A stretch of DNA of 57,375 nt from a virus. Taxonomy: Duplodnaviria > Caudoviricetes. Of the stretch, positions 46,392 through 56,016 are shown piece by piece. Positions within the stretch are counted from its first letter, which is position 1; each line of letters opens with the position of its first letter. The notes beneath the pieces are model-generated. The model saw only the letters and a program-made list of their open reading frames with translations. It did not search any database and was not told the DNA's origin. The DNA is taken from IMG/VR virus record IMGVR_UViG_3300033150_001333, positions 1 to 57,375 of that record. One strand, given 5' to 3'. A program made the position numbers and the translations under genes.

Positions 46392-47092
46392 TGTCAAATT
46401 CTAACAAGCCATATAGAGTTGTCTATTTTTCTGGTGGTAAAGATAGCACTGCCATGTTAATAGTGTTATTGGAAAACCAAATACCTTTTGATGAAATAAT
46501 TTTTAATGATACTGAGGTAGAATTTCCAGAAATATACACACATATAAATTTAGTTCAAAAGAAGCTTGAGGTTAAAATAACATATTTAAAACCTAAGAAA
46601 CATTTTGAATACTGGATGTGTGAACACAGAACTAGAAAAGGGAATATTGGTTATGGATGGCCTCGGATAAAATTGCGATGGTGCACTAAACTTTTTAAGC
46701 AACGAGCAGAAAGTTCATACTTTAAGAAAAAACAATTAAAAAATATCCGTAAACTAATAGGAATAAGTACAAGTGAAATAAATAGAATGAAAAAATATTA
46801 TAAGCAAGAAATTTATCCTCTTGTAAAATTTGGAATTGACAGCCAAGAAGCGTTAAAAATATGTTATCGTTATGGTTTTGATTGGAATGGATTATATGAG
46901 AAATTAAGCCATACAGGCTGTTTTTGGTGTCCATTTCGGAGACTGAGAGAATTAGAAAATATTTATCGTTTTTATCCTCATTTATGGGTAAAAATGATGG
47001 AACTAGATGGTAAGTGTTGGAATAAATTTAGAGAAAATTGGACTTTGAAAGAATTAGAAAAACGATTTAAAAACACAGTTTATCTTTTTTAA
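46391..47092 (+). CDS. PAPS reductase-family (PP-loop) protein
   Basis: FSGGKDSTAM, FNDTEVEFPE, RWCTKLFK, YPL, TGCFWCP. Confidence 0.88.
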   Translation: MSNSNKPYRVVYFSGGKDSTAMLIVLLENQIPFDEIIFNDTEVEFPEIYTHINLVQKKLEVKITYLKPKKHFEYWMCEHRTRKGNIGYGWPRIKLRWCTKLFKQRAESSYFKKKQLKNIRKLIGISTSEINRMKKYYKQEIYPLVKFGIDSQEALKICYRYGFDWNGLYEKLSHTGCFWCPFRRLRELENIYRFYPHLWVKMMELDGKCWNKFRENWTLKELEKRFKNTVYLF

Positions 47093-47105
47093 GGCAATAA
47101 ACTGC

Positions 47106-47190
47106 CACATATTTAGCCTCTGAGGCAGGTTTGAATTGAAACAGGATGTTTGATATGGGTAAGGCCGAGAAAATGCAATACGGGGCAATC
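47106..47190 (+). repeat. Imperfect palindromic intergenic element, copy 2
   Basis: CACATATTTAGCCTCTGAGGCAGGTTT...ATGTTTGATATG...AAAA. Confidence 0.6.
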
Positions 47191-47192
47191 TC

Positions 47193-47762
47193 GTGCAAAA
47201 AACAGCTTTAGGAGAAAAAATTACACAACAAGACCATAATTTAAAAGTTAAGATTTATAAATATTTACTTTCTCTGCCTTTTGATGTTGTTCCTACTTCA
47301 GCAGAGATTGCAGAAAAGTTCCAGGTAGATGTTAAGGATGTTGAGAGGGTTCTTGGTTTATTATTGGAACGACTTTACGAATATAGAAGTAAGCATGTTA
47401 ATAGAGTTCTGCTTATGCTTGAAAGCAAGTTACTTGAAAAAGCTATGGAAGGCAAACTTGGTGCTATTGAATTAGGATTAAAAATATATAATAAATTAAA
47501 AGAAACTTTAGAAATCAGACATAATATAAATGTTGATACTCCTTTATCTCAATACAATATAAATATTTTTACAGAGCAAGATAAGAATTTAATAGATAGA
47601 ATAAACAGAGCATTAAGTTCCATTCCTTCTCTATCTGATAAAGAGAAAGATAAAGGAGTAATTGATGCAGAAGTGGTTAAAGAAGAGGGGGGGAATATAA
47701 AATTTCCAGAGCGTCAATTTGTTAAAAATTTGATTAAGAAGGACAAAAAGAAAAAGAAATAA
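47193..47762 (+). CDS. terS: Terminase small subunit (putative)
   Basis: HTH TSAEIAEKFQV, LLEKAMEGKLGAIELGLK, IDAEVV; adjacent to terL. Confidence 0.65.
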   Translation: MQKTALGEKITQQDHNLKVKIYKYLLSLPFDVVPTSAEIAEKFQVDVKDVERVLGLLLERLYEYRSKHVNRVLLMLESKLLEKAMEGKLGAIELGLKIYNKLKETLEIRHNINVDTPLSQYNINIFTEQDKNLIDRINRALSSIPSLSDKEKDKGVIDAEVVKEEGGNIKFPERQFVKNLIKKDKKKKK

Positions 47763-49451
47763 TTATTTACCTATCCAATGTCTTCTCTCTTTTTCTTGGT
47801 TTTGTAATTCTCTCCATCTATCTTTTCTTTTTTTAGCCATTTCACGGCGTTCAAAATAAGGGAATAAATATAAAATTATATATCCAATACAATCCATGCC
47901 ATGAGCTAAATATTCATCTCTTTCCCAAGTTAATTCATTAGTCTTTTTAGTTTTAAGATATTGGAAACATCTATGAATATAAGCACAACTTTCTGTTGAA
48001 ATAAAATTTTCTACAGGGTTATCAGGAATTTCATCATTTATCAAAAGCCCAGGTTTCCCATTATATTCATCAGTTAATTTATTTCTTATTTGCACGGTCA
48101 TCCGTTCTTTTCTGTTAGGAATAGGTATAACAGGAGATAAGCCAGCAGCTATTAAAGCTTCTACACTCATTCCTTTATCGGTTCTTTGTTGTCCTGCTTC
48201 ATCTGCAAGATAAATAAATGATGCTGCTTTTCCAAACCATTGTTTTAATTTACTTTTTACATATTTAGCAAAGGGAAATATATCTATTTGTTTACCAAGA
48301 ATACATTTTAAAATAAGAAGACAATCATCATCATCTACTTGAGCACATACCACGCAGGGATGTAGAAAGCCATAATCTATGCCTACATATACAGGTTTTT
48401 CTTTAATATATGTAAGCTGTCTTATATGCTTAAATTTATCATATTGGGGAAAATGTTTGCCTGATTGTGGAATATCAAAAGTTCCTAATACATTTATAGC
48501 AAAGTCAATAGCTCCTCTTTGTTGTTTTTCTCTTTCCACATCCTTTTTAGACATCTCATCATCATATCTCCAATCAAACTCATAAATACTAGGTAACTTT
48601 AAATTTGGATTTGTCCTTAACGGTTGTCTTTTACTGAATAATTGATAGAAATAATAAGAAGTATAATCATTATCAGCAGGTATAAGTCTTTCTCTAGCAG
48701 GAGTTCCACAAGCTATTCTACATGATACTGTATCAGTTAATGTTGACCATGCTGCGGCGTCTGTATGATACCATAAAGTATATTCATCTAAAAAGGCTGC
48801 TCTTGCTCTACCACCAGCTCCAAAATCTGCTGTATTTGCCTTTCCTCTAATAGATACTCCAGTTTCAGGATTGATTAAAAGGCGTGTCCTGTCATGTTCT
48901 CTCCATTTAAATCCTTTAGGTAATAACCAATCAGGTAGTGATTTCAATAAATATCTTACTTTTTCAAAAAGACTATCCATATCTCCTCTTCTATCTACTG
49001 TTTCTTCATTCACTGAACCAAGAAGAAAATCACTAGGAAAGAATGGATTAAGAAAAAAGAAAAGAAAAACTCCTGCTACTGTAAAAGTAAATCCGATACT
49101 TCTTTTTTTAAGAGCTATTAAATCGCCTCCATATAATATTCTTTCAACAATAGCTGGGACTAATATTTCTCTTTGATATTTCCATAAAATATATGGTCTA
49201 TGAGGACTATTAGGATGTCTTACTGGACAATATATATAAAGAAAACAATCAAAGAAAAAGATTATATCTTTAAAAGTATATAATTTAATATCCTGTCTGA
49301 ATTTACTATCTTTCCTTGCTTTTTTGAGAAGTTCTCTTCTAAATTCTAAATTTGCCTTATATTCTATTGGATATTTTATCTTATTTTTAGGAAAAACAGC
49401 ATTTAAATGTTCAATAGAGGGTGCAAACTCAGAGAATTTTTGGGATTTCAT
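47763..49451 (-). CDS. terL: Terminase large subunit, inverted orientation
   Basis: LWKYQ, KKRSIGFT (Walker A-like), AFLDEY (Walker B), GTP, VGIDYGF and HGMDCIGY nuclease motifs. Confidence 0.92.
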   Translation of the reverse strand: MKSQKFSEFAPSIEHLNAVFPKNKIKYPIEYKANLEFRRELLKKARKDSKFRQDIKLYTFKDIIFFFDCFLYIYCPVRHPNSPHRPYILWKYQREILVPAIVERILYGGDLIALKKRSIGFTFTVAGVFLFFFLNPFFPSDFLLGSVNEETVDRRGDMDSLFEKVRYLLKSLPDWLLPKGFKWREHDRTRLLINPETGVSIRGKANTADFGAGGRARAAFLDEYTLWYHTDAAAWSTLTDTVSCRIACGTPARERLIPADNDYTSYYFYQLFSKRQPLRTNPNLKLPSIYEFDWRYDDEMSKKDVEREKQQRGAIDFAINVLGTFDIPQSGKHFPQYDKFKHIRQLTYIKEKPVYVGIDYGFLHPCVVCAQVDDDDCLLILKCILGKQIDIFPFAKYVKSKLKQWFGKAASFIYLADEAGQQRTDKGMSVEALIAAGLSPVIPIPNRKERMTVQIRNKLTDEYNGKPGLLINDEIPDNPVENFISTESCAYIHRCFQYLKTKKTNELTWERDEYLAHGMDCIGYIILYLFPYFERREMAKKRKDRWRELQNQEKERRHWIGK

Positions 49452-49457
49452 ATATAT

Positions 49458-49527
49458 TTTTTATATTAAATCGTTCTTTTTGTCAATTTACCATTGCCTT
49501 GACAAAATTATGATTATAATTTATCAT
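49458..49527. promoter_or_regulatory. Back-to-back sigma70-like promoters for terL and portal
   Basis: Minus: TTGACA(49486-49481)-17-TAAAAA; plus: TTGACA(49499-49504)-17-TATCAT. Confidence 0.65.
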
Positions 49528-49544
49528 ATCCATAATAAATTCTT

Positions 49545-51461
49545 ATGAGAAAAAAGAAAGAAATAGATGTTATTTTAGAACGATATGAAGAAACAAAGTC
49601 TGCCTATAAGGATTTTTGGAAAAAGGCTGAAGAAAGCTACGGCTTTGTTTATGGCAACAAATATCAATGGTATGTAGATGGAAGCGACAAATACTATAAA
49701 GATTTAAAAGATGCAGAGCGCCCTACTTTATCTATAAATAGAATACAGGCCAAATTAAATCTCCTTGATGGTTATTTTCTTACTACCAGATATGATATTA
49801 AATTCCGTCCACAACAAAAGAAAGACCAAGAAATAGTTGATATAGCTAATCAATTATATAAATTAGTTTGGTATCAAATAAAAGGCGATGCGATTGAAGG
49901 AGAAGTTTTTTATAATGGCATAATTTCAGGAGAGCATTATTTTTATATTTATCCTGATTATTCTAAAGATATTATTCGTGGTGATGTAGGTCTTTGTGCT
50001 TGTTCTCCATGGGAGATAATGTTTGACCCACGAGCAAAACGATATGATAAAACAGATGCTGAATATGTCTTTAGGTCTGTATGGCTTCCCATAGAAACAA
50101 TTAAACGAAGATGGCCTCAAAAAGCCAGACAAATAGATAAATTAGTTAAAGTTTTAACTATTATCTCTACTGAAGGATTTGAAGCTCTTAAACAAAGCGT
50201 TCATATTACACATCCTTACGATAGATGGAGAGATGCTTTATCACGGCCTTATAATATTAAAGCAAATGAAGGAAGAATAGATGAGTATTGGTATAAAACT
50301 TGGGAAAAAGTTGAAATTATTGTTGATGCTATTACAAAAAAAGTCATTGATGAAAGTGAAATAGACAAAGAAACCTTGGAAATTAGGAAAAAAGCTGGAG
50401 ATATAGAAGTTTTAACCAGATATATTCCTAAAGTAAGAGTTAAATATTTGTTTGGAGATATAGAGCTTAGTGATGAACCTTCTCCTTGGACAAAAGGAGA
50501 ATTAGCAAAGAATTTCCCTTTTGTTCCTTTTACAATATATAAAATATATTTACCTACAGAAAAGAAATATTTAATCTGGGGTGCTGTAGAAGTTCTTAAA
50601 GATGTTCAAAGAGAGATAAATAAAAGGCATAGTTATCTTGTAGAGGCTATGCTTAATGCTCCTTATAGTGTTTTAATATATGAAGACCAAACTTTTACTC
50701 CTGAAAGTGAAGAAGCTTTAAGCAAAAAAGGTTTCCGCCCAGGTATGTCTTTAAAAACTTATCCAGGGAAAATAAATAGTTATAAAATTGAAAACACTGT
50801 GCAATTCCCTGTAGGTTTATTGGAATTAGAAAATTTAGCTCTTAAAGACGCTGATATAGTTTCTCCTATTATTCCGCCTTCTGGTAAAGTTAAATCTGGT
50901 TCTGCAATGCTTCAAGAAGAAAGAATTATGCTTACAGATAAAGCAAGAATATTTAATAATTTCAAAGATACAAAAATACTTTTAGCTAGATATTTATTTA
51001 ATGCTATTCAGCAAACTTATGATTATGAGAAAACTTTTAAGGCTGTTGACAGCGATGAAGAATATACTATAAATCAAGTAGTTTTTGCTACCAAAACAGA
51101 GCCTCATCCACTTACTGGTTCTCCTGTTGAAACTGTTGTTAGAGATAAATTTGGCAGGCCTGTAATAGAAAAAATAGTAAATGATATTACAAATGAAGCT
51201 CTTGATTTTGATATTATTGCTACTGAAGTTAATGCTTCACCAAGTTATAGATTAGCAGTAGCCAATGATTTATTAAAAATAATTCAGACAACGCCAAATC
51301 CGATTTTTATTAAAATGTTGTTTGAATATCTAGATTTACCTTCCCATATTAAAAAAGAATTAGAGCAACAAATGAATGCTCAAACGCAGCAAGCATTACA
51401 ACAACAAAATTTGCCACAAAATATAAGACAGTTACAAACCCCATTCAAGCAAGGAGGATAA
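49545..51461 (+). CDS. Portal protein, P22-like
   Basis: QW...RPTLSINRIQAKLNLLDG...FDPRAKRYDKTDAEY...FPFVPF...GAVEVLKDVQREINKRHS; Gln-rich tail. Confidence 0.9.
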   Translation: MRKKKEIDVILERYEETKSAYKDFWKKAEESYGFVYGNKYQWYVDGSDKYYKDLKDAERPTLSINRIQAKLNLLDGYFLTTRYDIKFRPQQKKDQEIVDIANQLYKLVWYQIKGDAIEGEVFYNGIISGEHYFYIYPDYSKDIIRGDVGLCACSPWEIMFDPRAKRYDKTDAEYVFRSVWLPIETIKRRWPQKARQIDKLVKVLTIISTEGFEALKQSVHITHPYDRWRDALSRPYNIKANEGRIDEYWYKTWEKVEIIVDAITKKVIDESEIDKETLEIRKKAGDIEVLTRYIPKVRVKYLFGDIELSDEPSPWTKGELAKNFPFVPFTIYKIYLPTEKKYLIWGAVEVLKDVQREINKRHSYLVEAMLNAPYSVLIYEDQTFTPESEEALSKKGFRPGMSLKTYPGKINSYKIENTVQFPVGLLELENLALKDADIVSPIIPPSGKVKSGSAMLQEERIMLTDKARIFNNFKDTKILLARYLFNAIQQTYDYEKTFKAVDSDEEYTINQVVFATKTEPHPLTGSPVETVVRDKFGRPVIEKIVNDITNEALDFDIIATEVNASPSYRLAVANDLLKIIQTTPNPIFIKMLFEYLDLPSHIKKELEQQMNAQTQQALQQQNLPQNIRQLQTPFKQGG

Positions 51462-51464
51462 GGC

Positions 51465-52439
51465 ATGGGTGAAGAAGAAACCAAAGAAACAATAGAAAAC
51501 CCTGAGGAAACTTTATCTCCAGAAGGAACTGAAGAAACTACAAAGCCACAAGTATCTTCTGAAGAAACTGAAAAAGAACCTGAAACACCGCCAGAGAAAA
51601 AAGATAAAGAATATAATTTTAAAGTTTTAAGAAATGAATTAGAAAAACAGAAGAAGTTAGTTGATTATTATGCTAATCTAGCAAAACAAACACAAACTCA
51701 GCCAGTTCAACCACCTTATGATATTCCTAAGCAACCATTTCCACAGAATATTCCACAAACTCCTCTTATTCCTACACCAACAATGCCTACTTCTTTTAGT
51801 CCTGTGCCACCTAATGTTACTCCAACTTCGCCTACTTTATCTAAAGATATAACTGAGTTTAGCCCTGAAGAAGAAACACAAATAGCTGAAGCAGATGATC
51901 CTGCTGCTAAAGCAAAAGAAATTTTACAAAATAAAATTCGTGCTTATACTGATTATATTTATCAAGCACAAGCCCTACAGCAACCACAAATCTCTCCAAC
52001 AGATATTGCTCGTTTAATAGATGAAAAGGTAAATGAAAAATTAGAAATGGATAGAGTGCAAAGAGGATTAGAAGAAGTAAGCCAAAACCCAGAATTTATT
52101 GAACTTGTTAAGAAACATGTAGAACCTACTAAAGATAGATTAGCATCTTTCTGGAATAGTTTTTATGTATTTGGAGAAAATGCAGGTAAGGTTTTGTATG
52201 AAGTTTTAAAGGCTTTAGATAAAAGTGAGCCAGAGGTAGCTAAGGAAGCTTTTAAAGCTGGGCAAAAACAAATTGTTGAAAAGTTACAGCAAAGAGCAAC
52301 AGCTCCAACTCCACCTATGGGTAGAGTATCTACAAAAACAGAATATACAGCAGAAGATTTAGAAAATATGTCTGTTGATGAGATAATGAATGTTCCACCT
52401 GAAATAATAGAGAAATGGAGAAAAGGAGAATTGGATTAA
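51465..52439 (+). CDS. Scaffolding protein
   Basis: Acidic N-terminus, EYNFKVLR coiled coil, C-terminal DLENMSVDEI; follows portal. Confidence 0.75.
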   Translation: MGEEETKETIENPEETLSPEGTEETTKPQVSSEETEKEPETPPEKKDKEYNFKVLRNELEKQKKLVDYYANLAKQTQTQPVQPPYDIPKQPFPQNIPQTPLIPTPTMPTSFSPVPPNVTPTSPTLSKDITEFSPEEETQIAEADDPAAKAKEILQNKIRAYTDYIYQAQALQQPQISPTDIARLIDEKVNEKLEMDRVQRGLEEVSQNPEFIELVKKHVEPTKDRLASFWNSFYVFGENAGKVLYEVLKALDKSEPEVAKEAFKAGQKQIVEKLQQRATAPTPPMGRVSTKTEYTAEDLENMSVDEIMNVPPEIIEKWRKGELD

Positions 52440-52870
52440 TCTTTTTTTGCTAAGTTTTTAAGTTGTTTTAATTTTCTCATAAGTTGTATTTCTTTTTTTC
52501 TTTCTAACTGTATCATTTTATACATTTCCTGTTTGCTTAAACGGGCTTTTTCTTTTTCTTGTTCTATTTCTTTCACTCTCTTTTTCACATCCATCTTAGC
52601 CAATTCCATTAATTCTAATACTTTTAAAAGAGGATTACCAAATTCTTTTGGATACAGCCAACATAATCTACTAACTCCTGTTACTTGTTCTAGCTTTTTT
52701 GCTAATTCTAAAGAAGGTCTTGTATCCTGATGAGCCCATCTACATAAAGAGCCAAATGAGGCCCCAGTTGCCTGAGACAACTTCTTTAAAATTTCATAAT
52801 ATTGCTTTCTTAGTTTGCGGTATCGTCTTTTTGGTTTTTCTATTGGTTCGTCAAACCACTTATTCTTCAT
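52436..52870 (-). CDS. XRE-type HTH regulator with coiled-coil tail
   Basis: LSQATGASFGSLCRWAHQDTRPSLELAKKLEQVTG. Confidence 0.8.
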   Translation of the reverse strand: MKNKWFDEPIEKPKRRYRKLRKQYYEILKKLSQATGASFGSLCRWAHQDTRPSLELAKKLEQVTGVSRLCWLYPKEFGNPLLKVLELMELAKMDVKKRVKEIEQEKEKARLSKQEMYKMIQLERKKEIQLMRKLKQLKNLAKKD

Positions 52871-53009
52871 TAGCAGTGCAACAGATTATATATACTTGCC
52901 CATCAATAGTGCACATTCCTGATGGGAATGTCCCAATAGGACATATTTCACCTGCTGGCACTATAATACAAAAATAAAGAGCAAATAAAAGTGCAAGTAT
53001 TCTTTTCAT
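52860..53009 (-). CDS. Small Cys-rich peptide with signal-like N-terminus, 49 aa, not in ORF track
   Basis: MKRILALLFALYFCIIVPAGEICPIGTFPSGMCTIDGQVYIICCTANEE; GGAGG SD. Confidence 0.7.
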   Translation of the reverse strand: MKRILALLFALYFCIIVPAGEICPIGTFPSGMCTIDGQVYIICCTANEE

Positions 53010-53024
53010 TTTTAACCTCCTAAT

Positions 53025-53252
53025 TTAATATTCTACTTCTTCTTTTTCCATCCAAATTCTAAATTTCCAACCACATTCGCTACAATTGAAGTTAATTGCA
53101 TTGTCAGAAATATTTTTTTTATTTGGGCAAGAAAATATTATTTTAAGTTCTTCTCCTTCTGGCCAATGCCCAAATGTATATATTTTACCACAATTTGGAC
53201 ACTGCCAAATAAGTTTACAAAGTTTTTCTTTCATTTTTTTCTCCTTATTCAA
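53025..53252 (-). CDS. Zn-ribbon protein
   Basis: CPNCG...CSECG. Confidence 0.65.
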   Translation of the reverse strand: MNKEKKMKEKLCKLIWQCPNCGKIYTFGHWPEGEELKIIFSCPNKKNISDNAINFNCSECGWKFRIWMEKEEVEY

Positions 53253-53781
53253 TATTTAACAAATATCTTTTAATCCCATTATTAATTAAAAATGCTGCTT
53301 TTATTTGGGCATCGGAAGAATGTAATGGGAGAAGGGGATTATCTATAAAACCTACTTCAATTAAAACAGCAGGCATTTTGGTTTTCCTTAATACATAAAA
53401 ATTTCCTTCTTTAATTCCTCTGAACTTGCCTGGGACAATCTCATCAATAAATGTAGCAATATTATCTGCTAGTTTAGCACTTTTAATTGAACCAGGATAA
53501 ATCCAGATTTCCTCTCCCTTAGCATTATGTTTAGGAGAAGCATTAACATGAATACTAACAAAGGCATCTGCTTTTACACTATTTGCAATAAAAACCCTAT
53601 CTCGCAATGGCACATATATATCAGCCGTTCTGGTATAAATACAGTTTACCATATTGGATAAAAAACCACCCAAATATAATGCAATAGGCAAAACTATATC
53701 TTTTTCTTTGTATCCTGCATAAACAGCCCCTGGGTCTTTACCTCCATGCCCTGGGTCAATTACTATGGTGTATTTTTTCAT
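53245..53781 (-). CDS. N-acetylmuramoyl-L-alanine amidase (Amidase_3), probable endolysin
   Basis: IDPGHGGKDPGA, EK, FVSIHVNA, MPAVLIEVGFIDN. Confidence 0.95.
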   Translation of the reverse strand: MKKYTIVIDPGHGGKDPGAVYAGYKEKDIVLPIALYLGGFLSNMVNCIYTRTADIYVPLRDRVFIANSVKADAFVSIHVNASPKHNAKGEEIWIYPGSIKSAKLADNIATFIDEIVPGKFRGIKEGNFYVLRKTKMPAVLIEVGFIDNPLLPLHSSDAQIKAAFLINNGIKRYLLNIE

Positions 53782-53969
53782 ATCTTTTCTACCTCACTTA
53801 ACAACAAATAAAACTTCCCTCTATTTGGCACTTCAACCCTTACTTGTTTAGGCTCGTCATTGCATATATGCACTACAGTGGCCTCCTCTCCACATATATT
53901 AAGCTCCTTAGTGTAAAAATTAGGTAAAATCCTTACTTTATCACCTATTTTAAAGCTGGTTTGACTCAT
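53778..53969 (-). CDS. SH3/KOW-like small protein (start MSQTSF)
   Basis: FKIGDKVRILP...ATVV...VRVEV...FYLLLSEVEKI. Confidence 0.6.
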   Translation of the reverse strand: MSQTSFKIGDKVRILPNFYTKELNICGEEATVVHICNDEPKQVRVEVPNRGKFYLLLSEVEKI

Positions 53970-54142
53970 TACCTTTCTCCATCTCCAATTCAGGAATATA
54001 ATTAGAACAATACTCAATAAAAGGCCCTCCATTTTTTGTCCCAGCTGAACAATTTTGACTAAAAAGATTATTCCAATATTTACATTTTGTATTAATACAG
54101 GGGGTTTCAGCAGATTTTGCTCTTTCCACTAATTCCATCTTT

Positions 54143-54682
54143 TTACCTTTCATTACTTATTTCCTCCATCTCCAAAATTTTATCTGCAATTATCTTAGCA
54201 GTTTCTTTTGGCTTATTTTCAATAATATACACTTCCTCATAAGGCAATGTAAACCGCACTAACACTTTCCTAACTGCCTCGGTTACTTCAGCGTCCTCTC
54301 TTTCCTTAGACCTCATAAAGAAAGTATATAAATTAACTCCATGAAAATCCAATAAATGAATTGTATTTAATGGCAACTTGGCTAATAAACGGTAAGCACA
54401 CATATCAACTATGCTTCTGTCTGCTACAATTATCTTGTCTCTATGAACCAAATAGCTACTAATAGTGCAAAAATCTAATGCATTTTCAAAGTAATTGTAA
54501 GCTGGACGGTTAGTAAAAATCTTTTCTTTCCAAGTATCCCTTATTCCCATTTGCACCAATATCCAATGAGCAAACTCACCTACAAAGGCAAACTTTTCAG
54601 GTGGCAATAGCTTTTCAAGATAGACAAATGTCATTGTCTTGCCAATACCGTGACTTCCGCTTAATGCGTAAACTTTAATCAT
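54143..54682 (-). CDS. P-loop nucleotide kinase-like (AAA_28-type) protein
   Basis: ALSGSHGIGKT, VGEFA, IVADRSIVD. Confidence 0.75.
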   Translation of the reverse strand: MIKVYALSGSHGIGKTMTFVYLEKLLPPEKFAFVGEFAHWILVQMGIRDTWKEKIFTNRPAYNYFENALDFCTISSYLVHRDKIIVADRSIVDMCAYRLLAKLPLNTIHLLDFHGVNLYTFFMRSKEREDAEVTEAVRKVLVRFTLPYEEVYIIENKPKETAKIIADKILEMEEISNER

Positions 54683-54694
54683 AATTTAGCTCCT

Positions 54695-55496
54695 TTACCA
54701 TTTAAAAGCATTCTCTATTATTCTTACCCGTGTTACCAATCTAGGATAATCTTCCTTAAACAACTCCAGTGCTTCTTGGCTCATTAAAAATCGGTTAAAT
54801 CTCTCCACATCCTCCAATTCAATAGAGCTACGCACAAGAGAAATAATTGAATCTACCTGCAATGCAATGCGTAACCAATAGTCTATGTCTGGTTTTAATT
54901 GAGTTACTTTGTTTGGCATAGTTTACTCCTTTTTAAATAAATTTCTTACCGAATTTGATATAAATAGTTTTTTACACTCTTCTTCAGCTTTCGTGTAAAA
55001 TTTAGCTACCAATTCTATTTTCTCTAATTCTCTTTCATGCTCAAATCCATAATCTTTTATATCTAAGAAATCCCGATAAGTTTGATAAGCATCATCCAAA
55101 TTATCAGATATTACATATACAGTCTTATATTGACTACCAAACCCTTTAACTGTTACTTTAAAAAGACAAAGTGTATTCATTTATTTCCTCCTTTTTTAAA
55201 TATTCTAATGTAAACAATTTTGCACAATCAGGGCATAAAATCATAACTGGCATATCCAAGGAAAATAAATCACCCTCTTCAAATGCTTGATCAAATTCTT
55301 CTTCAGTTAATTCCCATGTTACGTAAAAACATTGTTCGATAGGATACCAAAGCCGTCTAGGATGTAAAATATGGTCATTATCACAACGTAACTTTTTAGG
55401 CAATTTACCTTCCTTATATTCTTTCGTTTCTGTTACTGGTTTGGGTTTGCTCCACCTACCACGCCTTGGACCGCAAATGAAGCCTTTAATCTCCAT
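54695..55496 (-). CDS. Three small hypothetical genes (54695-54919, 54923-55180, 55158-55496)
   Basis: Consecutive ORFs with SDs and overlaps. Confidence 0.6.
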
Positions 55497-56016
55497 TTAC
55501 TTTTCCTCCTTTAACTTTCCATTTTCCCTCTTTTCTATCATAATAATATCCCTGTTTTTTTAGATAAATTGCCAAATTAATAGAATGAACTTTACAAACT
55601 TTACTGAATTTTGCCATGCTTCCAAATTGTTTCAAAACTGCTTCTATTCCGCCATATTTTTCAAATGCTTCGCTAGCTAAACCATGTGGAGCGTTATTAT
55701 ATATTGGCGGTTTGATTTTAATACCCATTTTTTTAAGTCCTTCCTGTATTGTATGATAATCAAATCCCCATAATTTCCCCATTTCTATCGTGCCTTTTTC
55801 TTTGTATTGCTTCCTTAATTCTTCCCTTACCTTTTCTGCATCACACTCATAATGATAAAATGCGTTCCAAAGAAAAGATCCTCTGGAATATCCAGATAAA
55901 GCACAAGCAAGGGCATCTTTGACTTTTTTAGCAAGAGTAGGATTAAGCTTGTCAGCCCACTTAAATAATTCCTTGCCTTCTTGATTTGAGATATTTAGTT
56001 TAAGTTGTTTCCACAT
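55486..56016 (-). CDS. Putative HTH DNA-binding protein (likely start MWKQLK)
   Basis: TIEMGKLWGFDYHTIQEGLKKMGI and SMAKFSKVCKVHSINLAIYLKKQG helix-turn-helix-like segments. Confidence 0.55.
   Translation of the reverse strand: MWKQLKLNISNQEGKELFKWADKLNPTLAKKVKDALACALSGYSRGSFLWNAFYHYECDAEKVREELRKQYKEKGTIEMGKLWGFDYHTIQEGLKKMGIKIKPPIYNNAPHGLASEAFEKYGGIEAVLKQFGSMAKFSKVCKVHSINLAIYLKKQGYYYDRKEGKWKVKGGKVNGD

Noticed and set aside
47750-49550. terL as an invertible phase-variation segment
   Set aside because: No flanking inverted repeats and no site-specific recombinase recognised
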